A DNA stretch of 64,000 bases from positions 2,240,001-2,304,000 of the forward strand of contig OZ257156.1 in assembly GCA_965279375.1 (NCBI GenBank). Direction: 5' to 3'. Positions 36,275 to 46,942 of this stretch are shown piece by piece. The notes beneath the pieces are model-generated. The model was not told the origin of the DNA, ran no database searches, and saw only the letters and a program-made list of their open reading frames with translations. Origin of the DNA: Gemmatimonas sp. (GTDB taxonomy: Bacteria; Gemmatimonadota; Gemmatimonadetes; Gemmatimonadales; Gemmatimonadaceae). The translations under genes were made by a program, and so were the position numbers. Numbering within the stretch: position 1 is the stretch's first letter; each line of letters begins with the position of its first letter.

Positions 36275-37404
36275 GCGTTGCCTCGCTTGCTGCGCGCAGC
36301 CATCGATACGGCAGATGCCGCAGCTTCACGCAACTGACGCTGCACTTCCGGCACCGCGGTGGCGACGGCAAGAATCACGACGGCGGTGAGAATGTCGGTG
36401 AGCTGCTTGGGCACCAACGCGTTCACGGCCAGTCCACCCTGCGACAAGGTTGCAAACAGCAGTGCGGCCAGCAGAATGCCGATCGGGTGATTGCGTCCAA
36501 CCAGTGCGACCGCGATACCAAGAAATCCGGCACCGCCGGCAAAGCCTTCTTCGTAGTAGCCCTTGTAGCCGAGCACGAAGTTCATGCCGCCGAGACCGGC
36601 CAGCGCACCGGAGAGGCACATCGTCATGAAGAGTACGCGCGGCACGCGCACGCCGCCGTACTCCGCCGCATCCGGCTGCAGACCGACGGCGCGCAACTCG
36701 TAGCCCGAGCGCGTGCGAAACAGATACCAGCTGCAGGCGATCGCCGCCGCGAGTGCGATCAGCATCGTCCAGTTGGCCGCGCTGCCGTGGAACGCGGACA
36801 GCATGTCTGAAATGCGCGGTACGCCGCCGGCGAGAATTGGTGGCGTGTGCAACGTTTCCGGCACGTGGATCTTCGCCGCGACCAACCAATTGAGCAGCGC
36901 GAGCACTACAAAGTTGAGCATGATCGTCACGATCACTTCGCTCGCCCCAAACTTGGCGCGCAGCGCACCGGGAATCGCGGCGACCGAGGCGCCCGCGCCC
37001 ATCGCGGCGACGAGGCAAAGCAGCGTGGCAATCACTGCAGGCATCGATGCCGGCATGAGCATGCCGGCCACCGCCGCTGCAAACCCTCCCATCGCCAGCT
37101 GTCCTTCAGCGCCCACGTTGAACAATCCCGCGCGCCCGGCGATCGCAAACGCCAGACCAGTGCAGGTGAGCGTGGTCGCCTTGTACAGCACCTGCCCGAG
37201 TCCGTACGGGTTGCCCCACGTGCCGTCCACCAGCAAGCGGAAAACGGTGGCCGGCGCCTGTCCGAACGACAAAATGAGTACGTCGCCGACGACGGCGGCG
37301 ATGGCGAGTGCCACCAGCGGCGCCAGAAACGCCGATGCCAGCTTCATGCGCATCTCACCCGGAGTCTTTCGTGCGCGCAGCATCGCAACCGGTGCCGGCG
37401 TCAT
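36271..37404 (-). CDS. ABC transporter permease (nucleoside/sugar CUT2 type)
   Basis: AGLFNVGAEGQ, SEVIVTIMLN, GFLGIAVALVGRNHP. Confidence 0.92.
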   Translation of the reverse strand: MTPAPVAMLRARKTPGEMRMKLASAFLAPLVALAIAAVVGDVLILSFGQAPATVFRLLVDGTWGNPYGLGQVLYKATTLTCTGLAFAIAGRAGLFNVGAEGQLAMGGFAAAVAGMLMPASMPAVIATLLCLVAAMGAGASVAAIPGALRAKFGASEVIVTIMLNFVVLALLNWLVAAKIHVPETLHTPPILAGGVPRISDMLSAFHGSAANWTMLIALAAAIACSWYLFRTRSGYELRAVGLQPDAAEYGGVRVPRVLFMTMCLSGALAGLGGMNFVLGYKGYYEEGFAGGAGFLGIAVALVGRNHPIGILLAALLFATLSQGGLAVNALVPKQLTDILTAVVILAVATAVPEVQRQLREAAASAVSMAARSKRGNA

Positions 37405-39068
37405 GCGGCCGCTCCGGTCATGTACGGTCCGAGAATCTCTGCGTCACACTCGGCGGCGGGCAGCACGGTTACGAAAGCACCGCCGTACATGACGGCAATG
37501 CGGTCCGACAGCGCAAGCACTTCCGGCAAGTCGGCACTCACCAGGAGAATGCCCTTGCCAGCGTCACGCGCCGCACGGATCTGCGCGTGAATGAACTCGA
37601 TGGCGCCGACATCCACACCGCGCGTCGGCTGCGCGGCGAGCAACACGTTGAACTCGCGTCCCATCTCTCGTGCGATCACGATCTTCTGCTGATTGCCGCC
37701 CGACAGCGCGCGGGCCGCGAGCGTGGCGATCGGCGGACGGATGTCGAACTGCGCGATCTGCTCGGCGGCGTTCATCTCGATGCGTGCGCGTTGCAGCACA
37801 CCGCTCGACGTGAAGTGATGCTGCCGGCCCAGAATGAGATTCTCGGCGATGCTGTAGTCGAGCACGAGACCACGACGGTGCCGGTCTTCCGGCACGTGCG
37901 ACAAACCGGCGTCGGCGCGTGCGCGCACGTCCAGGCCGTCGAGCGCGGTGTCGCCCAGCATGATGCGACCGCGCTCCGTCTTGCGAAGTCCGGCGATCGC
38001 TTCGAGTAACTCCGTCTGACCGTTGCCCTCCACACCGGCAATGCCCAGCACTTCGCCTGGCGCGACGCTGAACGACAGATTGGGAATCACAACGGTGCCA
38101 CGATCGCCACGCACGGCTAACCCGCTCACGCTCAGCGCATCGCGTAGCGCCTTGCTGGATGCGTCGGCGCGCATCGCGCGATTCTCGCCCGTCACCTGAA
38201 TGCCCGGCGATGCATCGAGAGCGAGCGCGACTTCGCGCCCCACCATTGCCTTGGCAATCTCGCGCGGTGTCGTGTCTCTGGTCGCCATGCGCGTCACGGT
38301 GCGCCCAGCGCGCATCACGGTGATCGTGTCCGACACATCGATCACTTCGTCGAGCTTGTGCGTGATGAGAATGACCGTACCGCCATCGTCGCGCAGCGCG
38401 CGCAAGACTTGCCATAACTCACGTACTTCCGGCGGCGACAGTACCGCCGTGGGCTCGTCGAGGATGAGAATCTTCGCGCCGCGATAGAGCGCCTTGAGAA
38501 TCTCCACGCGCTGCGCCTCGCCCACGCTCAAGTCGGCCACGCGCGCCGTTGGATCCACCAACAGGCCGCACTTGGCGCTCAGCGCGCGCACGTCCGACAC
38601 ACCACGCGCCAGATCGATGCGAACGCCGCTCGTTGGCTCCTGACCCAACACCACGTTTTCGGCGACGGTCAGCGTGTTCACCAGCATGAAGTGCTGATGC
38701 ACCATCCCCACGCCAGCGGCGATCGCGTCGGTCGTCTTCCACCCGGTAACGGTGCGACCATTCACCTCAACCGTGCCCGAGTCGGGGGCGTAGAGCCCGC
38801 TCAGCACGCGCATCAGTGTGCTCTTGCCCGCGCCGTTCTCGCCCACGAGCGCATGGATTTCGCCTTTGGCCACGTCTAACGACGCATCGCGATTGGCGAC
38901 CACCGCGCCGAACGACTTGGCCACGTCATGCATACGCACGGCCCATCCGCTCGGCGGAGGATCCTGTGCCGTGGCCACGGCGACGGCGCCGCGCGGCGGC
39001 ATGCGATCGCCGGCTGCCGCTGCCTCGGGCACGGGCCCGTCTTCGGAAAAATCGGAGTAGTGCGTCAT
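37401..39068 (-). CDS. ABC transporter ATP-binding protein, double domain
   Basis: GENGAGKST, LDEPT, LSGGNQQK, QPTRGVD. Start uncertain. Confidence 0.93.
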   Translation of the reverse strand: MTHYSDFSEDGPVPEAAAAGDRMPPRGAVAVATAQDPPPSGWAVRMHDVAKSFGAVVANRDASLDVAKGEIHALVGENGAGKSTLMRVLSGLYAPDSGTVEVNGRTVTGWKTTDAIAAGVGMVHQHFMLVNTLTVAENVVLGQEPTSGVRIDLARGVSDVRALSAKCGLLVDPTARVADLSVGEAQRVEILKALYRGAKILILDEPTAVLSPPEVRELWQVLRALRDDGGTVILITHKLDEVIDVSDTITVMRAGRTVTRMATRDTTPREIAKAMVGREVALALDASPGIQVTGENRAMRADASSKALRDALSVSGLAVRGDRGTVVIPNLSFSVAPGEVLGIAGVEGNGQTELLEAIAGLRKTERGRIMLGDTALDGLDVRARADAGLSHVPEDRHRRGLVLDYSIAENLILGRQHHFTSSGVLQRARIEMNAAEQIAQFDIRPPIATLAARALSGGNQQKIVIAREMGREFNVLLAAQPTRGVDVGAIEFIHAQIRAARDAGKGILLVSADLPEVLALSDRIAVMYGGAFVTVLPAAECDAEILGPYMTGAAA

Positions 39069-39069
39069 G

Positions 39070-40107
39070 TCAGCGCGTGCTCGGCACCTTGATGCGACCG
39101 GCGACGATGTCCGCCGTGAGGGAATCGAGACGCGCACGCACGGCGTCCGGAATGAGCGCGCGATTGTTCGCGTCGTAGATGTAGCCCACGCCCTTCTCGG
39201 CCAACCCGAACTGCTGCACGCCGCCCTTGAATCGCTTTTCCTTCACGGCCTTGGCGGCCTGGTACACCGATTCGTCGATGCCCTTCACCATGCTCGTCAG
39301 CACGAAGCCCGGCGCTTCCGCGTACTGGTCCGCATCGACGCCGATGCCGAGCTTCCCGGCCGAACGCGCCGCTTCGAAGACGCCAAGCCCCGTACTACCG
39401 GCTGCGTGAAAGATCACGTTCACGCCCTGATTGTACTGGCTGAGTGCGAGTTCCTTGCCACGCCCCGGATTGCGAAACGCTTCGGGGGTGACGCCTGCGT
39501 ACTGCGCGATCACTTCACAGTCGCTGCAGACGTAGCTCACGCCCGCGCGGTAGCCGGCTTCGAACTTGTGAATGAGCGCGATGTCCATGCCGCCCACGAA
39601 ACCCACTTTCTTGCTCTTGCCGACCAATGCCGCCAACGCACCAACGAGAAACGAGCCCTCCTCCTCGCGGAACTTGAGTGCGACGAGGTTCGGTGGCATC
39701 GGCAGCGGATTGCCCGCCGCGTCGGTGGGGATCGCGTAGTCCACGTCGGCAAAGGCGACGTTGGGGTATTCGCGGGCGAGGGGCGTGATGTCGTCGGTGA
39801 AGATGAAGCCGACACCGATCACGAGGTCGAGCCCCTCTGCGGCCAGCAGTCGCAGCCCGGCTTCGCGGTCAGAGCCTTCGCCAGGCTCGATGTATCGCAC
39901 CCGCGCGCCGAGGTCCTTGGCGGCTCGCATGCCACCCAGGTACGCGCCGTCGTTGAACGACTTGTCGCCGCGGCCGCCCACGTCGAAGACGATCCCGATA
40001 TCGAGGCCTTCTGAGTCGTCGGCGACGGTCGCGCCCGAAGGCGTGACCGTGAGCAGCGCGAGGTGGGCGAGGAGGAGCGCCCCTATGAGGATGAGGGTCC
40101 GACGCAT
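39070..40107 (-). CDS. BMP-family (nucleoside-type) ABC substrate-binding protein
   Basis: GGRGDKSFND, FREEEGSFLVG, IFHAAGSTG, IGVDADQ, LTSMVK. Confidence 0.92.
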   Translation of the reverse strand: MRRTLILIGALLLAHLALLTVTPSGATVADDSEGLDIGIVFDVGGRGDKSFNDGAYLGGMRAAKDLGARVRYIEPGEGSDREAGLRLLAAEGLDLVIGVGFIFTDDITPLAREYPNVAFADVDYAIPTDAAGNPLPMPPNLVALKFREEEGSFLVGALAALVGKSKKVGFVGGMDIALIHKFEAGYRAGVSYVCSDCEVIAQYAGVTPEAFRNPGRGKELALSQYNQGVNVIFHAAGSTGLGVFEAARSAGKLGIGVDADQYAEAPGFVLTSMVKGIDESVYQAAKAVKEKRFKGGVQQFGLAEKGVGYIYDANNRALIPDAVRARLDSLTADIVAGRIKVPSTR

Positions 40108-40151
40108 GACGCAGAAGGTTCGCCGCCCGCACCGTCATTCGGAAGGGGAAA

Positions 40152-41444
40152 TCAGCGAGTCGCGGGACTCAGCTTGTAGAGGCCATTGAGCATGTCCGAC
40201 GCATAGAAGCCGGACGGCGACCAGTGCACGCCCCAGACATAGGTCCCGCTGGTGCCGCCGCCTGCGAAGCGCGCCTTCTCGCGTCCGGAGGCGCCAAGGT
40301 CGCACCGACCGTCGGCCAGCTTGACGGTGCAGGTTGCGAGATCGCCACGAATGTCCAGCACGCGTACGCCGGCGTTGTAGTAGGCCGCGTACAGCAAGCC
40401 GTTCGCCTCGTCCACCGAGAAGTTGTGCACGCCCGCTCCGGCCACGCTGAACACGGCGACTTCTCGCGCCGCACTCGGCATGCTGATGTCCACCACGTGC
40501 ACGTCTCCGACGGAGGACGAGCCGATTACGCCGGGTCCCTCTTCACCCACGAAGAGAAAACTCTTGTTCGCTGTCACGGGATCGTGGTACCACCAGACGT
40601 TGTGTGCCTGTCCGCCGCGTATCGTGGCCGTCCCCACTCGGCGAGGCGAGGCTACCGTGCCGGTCTGCGCGCCGATGTCCCAGATCCCCACTCCGTCGTT
40701 CCACTCGGCGGTGAAAAGCATGCCGTCGCGCACGAACACGTCGTGAACGAACGGCGACCCCAATTGGACGGAAGCGACCGTCTTTGGGGCGGCGGGATCC
40801 GTCAGGTCGAGCGTGATCAGGCGCGAAACCACGCCATTGGTCGGATCGATGGAGCAGAAGGCGTACAACACGCCGTTGACGCGCGCGACTTCCGCAGTGT
40901 GGACGCCGTAGCGCAGCTCTCCGCCGGTGGTGCGCGTGAGCAGACGCGGCTTGCGTGGAGTGTCCAGTGCGTACGTGGCCAGGCCGCCGTTGGGATTGGA
41001 CTCAATGGCGACCACCAGCAGCGTCCCGTCGTCGGAAACCTGCACGTCGCCAAGCGTTCCTGCGCTGGCCACGATCACAGAGTCCACGAGCACCGGTGTG
41101 TTCCCCTCGACATCCCAGATCTTGATCGCATTGCCGCGAATACCCGCGCGCGAACCCCAACTCGTCGTGTAGGCCGTCGTGCCCCGCACCCACACCTCAG
41201 AAGTGTAGCGCTCAGACACCGCGCCAAGACCCAGCACGCCGAGTGTTGTAGGCACCGGTATCGTGGGCGTGGGCGGCGTGACGGGAGGCGTGACCGGGGT
41301 CGGCGTTTCTCTGGCGGGCGTGGTTGGGGCATCGCTGCCGCCGCACCCGGTCACGAGAAACGCGCTCAACAGAACGGAGGCACGCAGGCCGCCGCGTACA
41401 CGCGCGGAGAGCATCAGCGCTATCGCAGGCATCATCGAATTCAT
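40152..41444 (-). CDS. LVIVD-repeat beta-propeller lipoprotein
   Basis: LVTGC lipobox, Pro/Thr linker, repeats such as VHDVFV, VHVVDIS, YYNAGVRVLDI. Start uncertain. Confidence 0.8.
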   Translation of the reverse strand: MNSMMPAIALMLSARVRGGLRASVLLSAFLVTGCGGSDAPTTPARETPTPVTPPVTPPTPTIPVPTTLGVLGLGAVSERYTSEVWVRGTTAYTTSWGSRAGIRGNAIKIWDVEGNTPVLVDSVIVASAGTLGDVQVSDDGTLLVVAIESNPNGGLATYALDTPRKPRLLTRTTGGELRYGVHTAEVARVNGVLYAFCSIDPTNGVVSRLITLDLTDPAAPKTVASVQLGSPFVHDVFVRDGMLFTAEWNDGVGIWDIGAQTGTVASPRRVGTATIRGGQAHNVWWYHDPVTANKSFLFVGEEGPGVIGSSSVGDVHVVDISMPSAAREVAVFSVAGAGVHNFSVDEANGLLYAAYYNAGVRVLDIRGDLATCTVKLADGRCDLGASGREKARFAGGGTSGTYVWGVHWSPSGFYASDMLNGLYKLSPATR

Positions 41445-41470
41445 GTCGTGCAATCTCGCGGCGCGAATGG

Positions 41471-42745
41471 TCAGTGCGCCATGTGTCGTGAATCGGTGGG
41501 CTGGAACGGCTCAGCGAGGACACCATAGCGCCCCATCCGCGAGCGCATGGTGCCCAGGTGCAATCGCGCGCCCACACTGATCGACAGCTGCGAAGCGTTG
41601 CCGTAGAACGACGCCGGATCGAACACGGCCGGGAATCGCCGAGCCGCCGCGTGCGCACGCGAGAGTTCCACGAACGCGCTCGCATGCGCGAAACGAACGG
41701 GAGCCACCGGCGGTGTCGCCAGCTGCACGGTCGCGATCTTCCATTGCGTCACGCCGATGATCTGAAAATCCACGTGGCCGTTGGCCGTACGAAAGGGATC
41801 GAGCAGTCGCTCGTTCTCTGGCCGCTCGGTCCGTTCAACGCGCAGCGCCATCTGCCAGCCACGATGCGACGCCATCCCTTCAGCCAGCACGCTTTCGAAT
41901 CGAAACACACGCCGTCCGCGCAAGGACTCGTCGGTGCGCGCAAACTCCACGAGGAGCCTTCGGGATTCGCCGCGCGCGTTCGGCCGGTCCACACGCACCG
42001 ACGCGCTCCGCTGCACATGATCGAACGCGCCGCCCTGAATCAGCCCCGGCGATTTCACGAATGCGCCGCTTCCCTGCAGCTCGAGGCCGCGCAGCGGATG
42101 CACCGTCAGACGCGTGGTGCGTGAGTCGCCCACGCGCGACCACTGCGGCGCTGAGAATGGTGCGTACGGTTCATCGCCGTTGAAGCGCGCATGCTCCAGC
42201 ACAATGTCGCGCACGCCGCTGCGCAATCGCACCGCGCCAATGACCTGCGCTCGCTCGATGATCTGCGCGTGGTGGTGATTGACCGGATAGCTGATCAACG
42301 CGCGCATCATCGGATCGTCGGTGCCGTACGGCGTGAAGCCCTTGCCCGCCGCCAGTGACGCGCTCACTGCGCGCTCCCGCGGCGACGACATCGACAGCAT
42401 CGCCTCGTGCACGAACGTATGCGGGTGCCGACGGTCCACGTACCCTTCGCCGTACATGCCCGCGTTGAGTTCACCGCGCCGCAGCGTGTACCCCTCGAAA
42501 TTGAACGTACCGAGCAACTCGAACGGGCCGCGCCGTGCGTCAACCATCGCGTTGGGCTGCGTGAAGTACCCCTCGGTGCGCGAGGCGCCGAGGTAGGCGG
42601 GATCGGCGCGAGTTGCCACGCCGATCGCCATGGCACCGACGGAAAACGCACGCGCGTCGGGGGCAGACTGCCCGCCGACGCGCGTGGATGTAGCCAAGCT
42701 CACAACAAGGACCGCCGCAGCACACGGCAGCTTCGCGAATCGCAT
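41471..42745 (-). CDS. Exported hypothetical protein, probable outer-membrane beta-barrel, with His motifs
   Basis: Signal peptide, alternating beta-strand pattern, DRRHPHTFVHE and NHHHAQ motifs. Confidence 0.65.
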   Translation of the reverse strand: MRFAKLPCAAAVLVVSLATSTRVGGQSAPDARAFSVGAMAIGVATRADPAYLGASRTEGYFTQPNAMVDARRGPFELLGTFNFEGYTLRRGELNAGMYGEGYVDRRHPHTFVHEAMLSMSSPRERAVSASLAAGKGFTPYGTDDPMMRALISYPVNHHHAQIIERAQVIGAVRLRSGVRDIVLEHARFNGDEPYAPFSAPQWSRVGDSRTTRLTVHPLRGLELQGSGAFVKSPGLIQGGAFDHVQRSASVRVDRPNARGESRRLLVEFARTDESLRGRRVFRFESVLAEGMASHRGWQMALRVERTERPENERLLDPFRTANGHVDFQIIGVTQWKIATVQLATPPVAPVRFAHASAFVELSRAHAAARRFPAVFDPASFYGNASQLSISVGARLHLGTMRSRMGRYGVLAEPFQPTDSRHMAH

Positions 42746-42772
42746 CCGCTGCAGTGCCAAGCGGTGCAGCGT

Positions 42773-44284
42773 TTACTTGAGCGGCTTGTACTTGTAGCCG
42801 ATGATGCCCGGTGCCGTGCCCTTGAGCGTGACGTCCTTGCGCTCACCCTTCTTGATCGGGCCAACCGACTGCGTGTCCGTCGCCACGGTGGCGCCCTTCG
42901 CGTCGAGGAATTCGACCGTCACGCTGTACGTGCCCGGCGCGGCCGCCTGCTGTTCGACTGACAGCGTCAGCGACGACGACGCGCTCGCGCGCTGGAAGCC
43001 CGTGACTTCGACCTTGGCCGGCAGCGCTTCGGCGAGCGTGCGGTACTTCACCAGCGAGTCGGTCCACGCCTTCTTCTCGGCCGGAACCTTCGTGCCGTTC
43101 GCGATGCCCTGCGCGGCGTAGGCGTACATCATCCACGCGTCGAAGTTGTTCGGATCGATGGCGACCAGCTTGGCCGTCGGGTCGAACATCTTCTTGAACT
43201 CGTCCTTGCCGTAGTAGGTCGCGGCGAGGTTGCGCAGCGCGTCGCGCGAGGCCGGGTTCTTGGCCACGGCCGCTTCGAACATGATGCGCGCGTCATCGCT
43301 CTTGTTGGCGCGCGTCGCGATCACGCCGCCCATCGTCAGGGCGAAGTCGCCGAAGTTGCTCGGTGCCGCCAACAGGCCGGCGTACACCGTCGGCACTGCG
43401 GCCGAGTCGCCCGCGAGGTTGAGCGCGTCCGCCCACGAGTTCATCGTGTTCGGCGCATCGGCGCCATCCGGCGCAACGGCGAGCAACGCCTTGAGGTTCT
43501 CTGCAGCTTCACGCGCCATCGTCTTCTGCTCAGCGCCCTTGGCCGCCTGCGCCGATTCCAGCTGGCTCATGGCGAGGTAGTACAGGCTGCTGTTCTTCAG
43601 CTCGCGGTAGCTCGTGTCCGTGCCGGCCGCCTTGATGACGTCCTTCCAGTGACCCATCGCCGCTTCGCGATTGTTGCGCACGTTCGCGACGTTGGCCATG
43701 ACGTAATGCGGATACGGGCTTTCCTTGCTCAGGCGCAGCGAACGACTGGCGTAGTAGTCCGCCGAGTCGAGCTGACCGGAGTTGGACGCATCGAGCGCGC
43801 GACGCGTGAGCGCGAGCCACGCATCGTTCTGGCGGAGCGCGACGACTTCGTTGGCACACGACGGCGTCGTGGCGACGATCGTGTTGAACGCCGTGTCGAG
43901 ATGCGCGACGAGGTCGTACGGCTCCGTCGGATTCGTCACCATGCCCAGCGTGCCGCGCGTCGGCATGAAGCCGACACCCGGCTCGACGGCCCACATCACC
44001 AGCGCTTGGGACAACGTGTAGTTGTAGCCGGCGAGGTTCTTGGCGAAGCGCTCGGGCTTGGTGTCGAGCTCCTTCATGATCGCCATCAGTCCCTTCTTCC
44101 GGTCGTCCGGCGTTGCCGCGCCGCGCGCCTTCTGGAACGAGATCGACATCAACGCCAGTTCTTTGGGACTATTGGGATCGATGTTGCACACCGGGGCAAC
44201 ACCGCCGGGCTGGGCAACGACCGTCGCAGGGACAACCGTGGTGGCAGCCAGTGCAACCGCACCAGCAAGGAACGCCAGACGCAT
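42773..44284 (-). CDS. Secreted TPR-like repeat protein with C-terminal beta-sandwich
   Basis: AGGAG RBS, MRLAFLAGAVALAA signal, helical repeats (AVAKNPASRDALRNLA, LVAIDPNNFDAW). Confidence 0.8.
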   Translation of the reverse strand: MRLAFLAGAVALAATTVVPATVVAQPGGVAPVCNIDPNSPKELALMSISFQKARGAATPDDRKKGLMAIMKELDTKPERFAKNLAGYNYTLSQALVMWAVEPGVGFMPTRGTLGMVTNPTEPYDLVAHLDTAFNTIVATTPSCANEVVALRQNDAWLALTRRALDASNSGQLDSADYYASRSLRLSKESPYPHYVMANVANVRNNREAAMGHWKDVIKAAGTDTSYRELKNSSLYYLAMSQLESAQAAKGAEQKTMAREAAENLKALLAVAPDGADAPNTMNSWADALNLAGDSAAVPTVYAGLLAAPSNFGDFALTMGGVIATRANKSDDARIMFEAAVAKNPASRDALRNLAATYYGKDEFKKMFDPTAKLVAIDPNNFDAWMMYAYAAQGIANGTKVPAEKKAWTDSLVKYRTLAEALPAKVEVTGFQRASASSSLTLSVEQQAAAPGTYSVTVEFLDAKGATVATDTQSVGPIKKGERKDVTLKGTAPGIIGYKYKPLK

Positions 44285-44373
44285 GACGTCGACTCCTAAG
44301 CAGGGAAAAAGATGGACGCCAGCCCGGAAGGTGGGTGGCACGGGCGCTGTATGGTCCATTGATTGAAAACTAC

Positions 44374-45900
44374 ATGACCGAACGCATTCGCACCCGGTTT
44401 CTGGTCGTCGGCAGCGGGGTCGCTGGTTTACACACCGCCTGGCGCGCATCGGCTCACGGCGACGTGACGGTGCTCACCAAACGCTCGCTGTTCGACTCTG
44501 CCACGGCCTACGCCCAAGGGGGCATCGCGGCCGCCCTCGGCGCCGGCGACTCCCCCGAACTGCACCGACGGGATACGCTCGCCGCCGGTGCGGCGTTGTG
44601 CGACGCCGAGGCGGTGCAGGTACTGGTGGACGAGGGGCCCGCCCGCGTCCGCGAGCTCCAGGCCGCCGGCGCCCGCTTCGACCTCGACCCCGACGGCGAC
44701 TTCAAGCTGGGGAAAGAGGCGGCCCACTCCCGCCACCGCATCGTCCACGCCCAGGGCGACCAGACTGGCGCCGAGGTCGCGCGCACACTGGTGGCCAAGG
44801 TGCGGGAGAGCCGGAGCATTCGGGTGGAGGAGACCGCCCGCGTACTCGACTTGCTGATGGTCGACGACGGGGACGGAATCCCACAGTGCGCCGGCGTCCG
44901 GGCCAGCATCGCCGGCCGTGCGGTCGAGATCGTCGCCGACGCAACGGTGCTCGCCACCGGCGGGTGCGGCCAGATCTACCGCTATACGACCAATCCGCAG
45001 GTGGCCACGGGTGATGGGTTCGCCATCGCCCATCGTGCCGGTGCCCGGTTGGCCGACATGGAGTTCGTCCAGTTCCACCCCACCGCGCTGGATACCTCCG
45101 AGAACCCGCTGGCACTCATCTCCGAGGCGGTCCGCGGGGAAGGGGCGATCCTGCTCAACGGACGTGGCCAGCGCTTCATGCCCAAGCGGCACCGGTTGGC
45201 CGAGCTGGCCCCGCGCGATGTGGTGGCCCGTGAGATTTTCCGAGAGCAGCAAGCGCACGGCACGGTGTTTCTGGATGCGACCAAGCTCGGGCCTCAGTTC
45301 GCGGTGCGCTTTCCGGGGATTTTCGCGATCTGCCGCGCGCGCGGCATCGACCCGTCGCAGGAGCCGATCCCCGTCACCCCGGCTGCCCACTACATGATGG
45401 GCGGCGTCGTGACCGATCTTGCCGGCCGATCCAGCCTTCCCCGCCTGTACGCCGTGGGCGAGGTGGCGCGCACCGGCGTGCATGGGGCGAATCGGCTCGC
45501 TTCCAATTCGCTGCTCGAAGGGTTGGTCTTTGCCGAACGGGTGGCGCGCGATCTCATCGAGACCCCGCTCGACTTGCCTGTGCCGGAACAGGTTCCGTGG
45601 AACGTCCCGGCGCTGGACGACCGCGGCGCCGCGCAGGTGGCCGCCGATGAGATTCGTCAGCTCATGTGGGACTACGCGTCCATCGCGCGCACCGCGCCCG
45701 GACTGCGACGCTGTCTCGCGCAATTGCAGCACATCGGGGACCGACTTCCCCCCGGTGCCACGGAAGAGCGGAACCTGCACACCACCGCGACGCTAGTTGT
45801 GGAAGCGGCGCTCATGCGCAAGGAGTCGCGTGGAGGGCACTTCCGGAGCGATTTTCCAAAGGCCCGTCGCAAGTGGCAAGGGCGGCACATCACCTGGTGA
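44374..45900 (+). CDS. nadB: L-aspartate oxidase
   Basis: VVGSGVAG, AQGGIAA, EFVQFHPT, SEAVRGEG, HYMMGG, HGANRLASNSLLEG. Confidence 0.96.
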   Translation: MTERIRTRFLVVGSGVAGLHTAWRASAHGDVTVLTKRSLFDSATAYAQGGIAAALGAGDSPELHRRDTLAAGAALCDAEAVQVLVDEGPARVRELQAAGARFDLDPDGDFKLGKEAAHSRHRIVHAQGDQTGAEVARTLVAKVRESRSIRVEETARVLDLLMVDDGDGIPQCAGVRASIAGRAVEIVADATVLATGGCGQIYRYTTNPQVATGDGFAIAHRAGARLADMEFVQFHPTALDTSENPLALISEAVRGEGAILLNGRGQRFMPKRHRLAELAPRDVVAREIFREQQAHGTVFLDATKLGPQFAVRFPGIFAICRARGIDPSQEPIPVTPAAHYMMGGVVTDLAGRSSLPRLYAVGEVARTGVHGANRLASNSLLEGLVFAERVARDLIETPLDLPVPEQVPWNVPALDDRGAAQVAADEIRQLMWDYASIARTAPGLRRCLAQLQHIGDRLPPGATEERNLHTTATLVVEAALMRKESRGGHFRSDFPKARRKWQGRHITW

Positions 45901-45931
45901 GCACAACGCCAGGCACTCCCAAGACTCCGAC

Positions 45932-46942
45932 ATGACGATCCTCGAAGCGCACTACGATCCCGCGCTCGCCTCGGAAATCCGCGAGCTGGCCGCACGCCGC
46001 AACGCGGTCATTCTCGCGCACAACTACGAACGCCCGGAAATCCAGGATGTCGCCGACTATGTCGGAGACTCACTCGGTCTCTCGCGCGAAGCCGCCAAGA
46101 CGAACGCCGACGTAATCGTGTTCTGCGGCGTGCACTTCATGGCAGAGACGGCGGCGATCCTGTCGCCGTCCAAGAAGGTGCTGCTCCCCGATCTCGCCGC
46201 CGGCTGCTCGCTGGCCAGCACGATCGACGCCGATCAGCTCCGCGCGTGGAAGGCCGAGCATCCGGGTGCGGTGGTGGTGGCGTACGTGAACACCACCGCC
46301 GAAGTGAAGGCGGAAAGCGACTACTGCTGCACGTCGGGCAACGCGGTCGAAGTGATCAACGCGATTCCGGCCGACACCGAGATTCTGTTTCTGCCGGACA
46401 TGTTCCTCGGCGCGCATGTCCGCCGCATGACGGGACGCACCAACATTCACGTCTGGCTGGGCGAGTGTCATGTGCACGCGGGCATCGACCCCGAGCACAT
46501 AACGCGTACGCGTGCGCAGCATCCGGGTGCGGAGTTTCTCATTCATCCGGAATGCGGCTGTGCCACGTCGGTGGTGGAAGCGATCTCCGCCGGTGCCGTG
46601 GATCCGAACGGTGCGCACATTCTCTCGACCGAAGGAATGATTCGTCGTCCCGCGCAGTCCAAGCAGGACACGTTCATCGTCGCCACCGAAATCGGCATTC
46701 TGCACCGCCTGCGTCGAGAGAATCCGACCAAGCACTTCATCGCCGCTAACGATCGTGCCTCGTGCGCGTACATGAAGGTCACGACGCTCCCCAAGGTTCG
46801 TGATGCGCTGGTGTACGAGCAGCACCGCATCACCGTGCCGGAAGACATCGCGGCGCGCGCGCGAACGGCGATCGAGCGCATGGTTGCCATCGGTGGTTCC
46901 CCCGCACCGTCCCCCTTCGGCCCAGAGGATCCCGGTGAATGA
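45932..46942 (+). CDS. nadA: Quinolinate synthase A
   Basis: ILAHNYE, GDSLGLS, FCGVHFMAETA, AGCSLA, ECHVH, CAYMK. Confidence 0.96.
   Translation: MTILEAHYDPALASEIRELAARRNAVILAHNYERPEIQDVADYVGDSLGLSREAAKTNADVIVFCGVHFMAETAAILSPSKKVLLPDLAAGCSLASTIDADQLRAWKAEHPGAVVVAYVNTTAEVKAESDYCCTSGNAVEVINAIPADTEILFLPDMFLGAHVRRMTGRTNIHVWLGECHVHAGIDPEHITRTRAQHPGAEFLIHPECGCATSVVEAISAGAVDPNGAHILSTEGMIRRPAQSKQDTFIVATEIGILHRLRRENPTKHFIAANDRASCAYMKVTTLPKVRDALVYEQHRITVPEDIAARARTAIERMVAIGGSPAPSPFGPEDPGE

Noticed and set aside
44348..44370. AT-rich TATGGTCCATTGATTGAAA before nadB as an NrtR/NadQ operator
   Set aside because: It lacks convincing dyad symmetry and may simply be promoter sequence.
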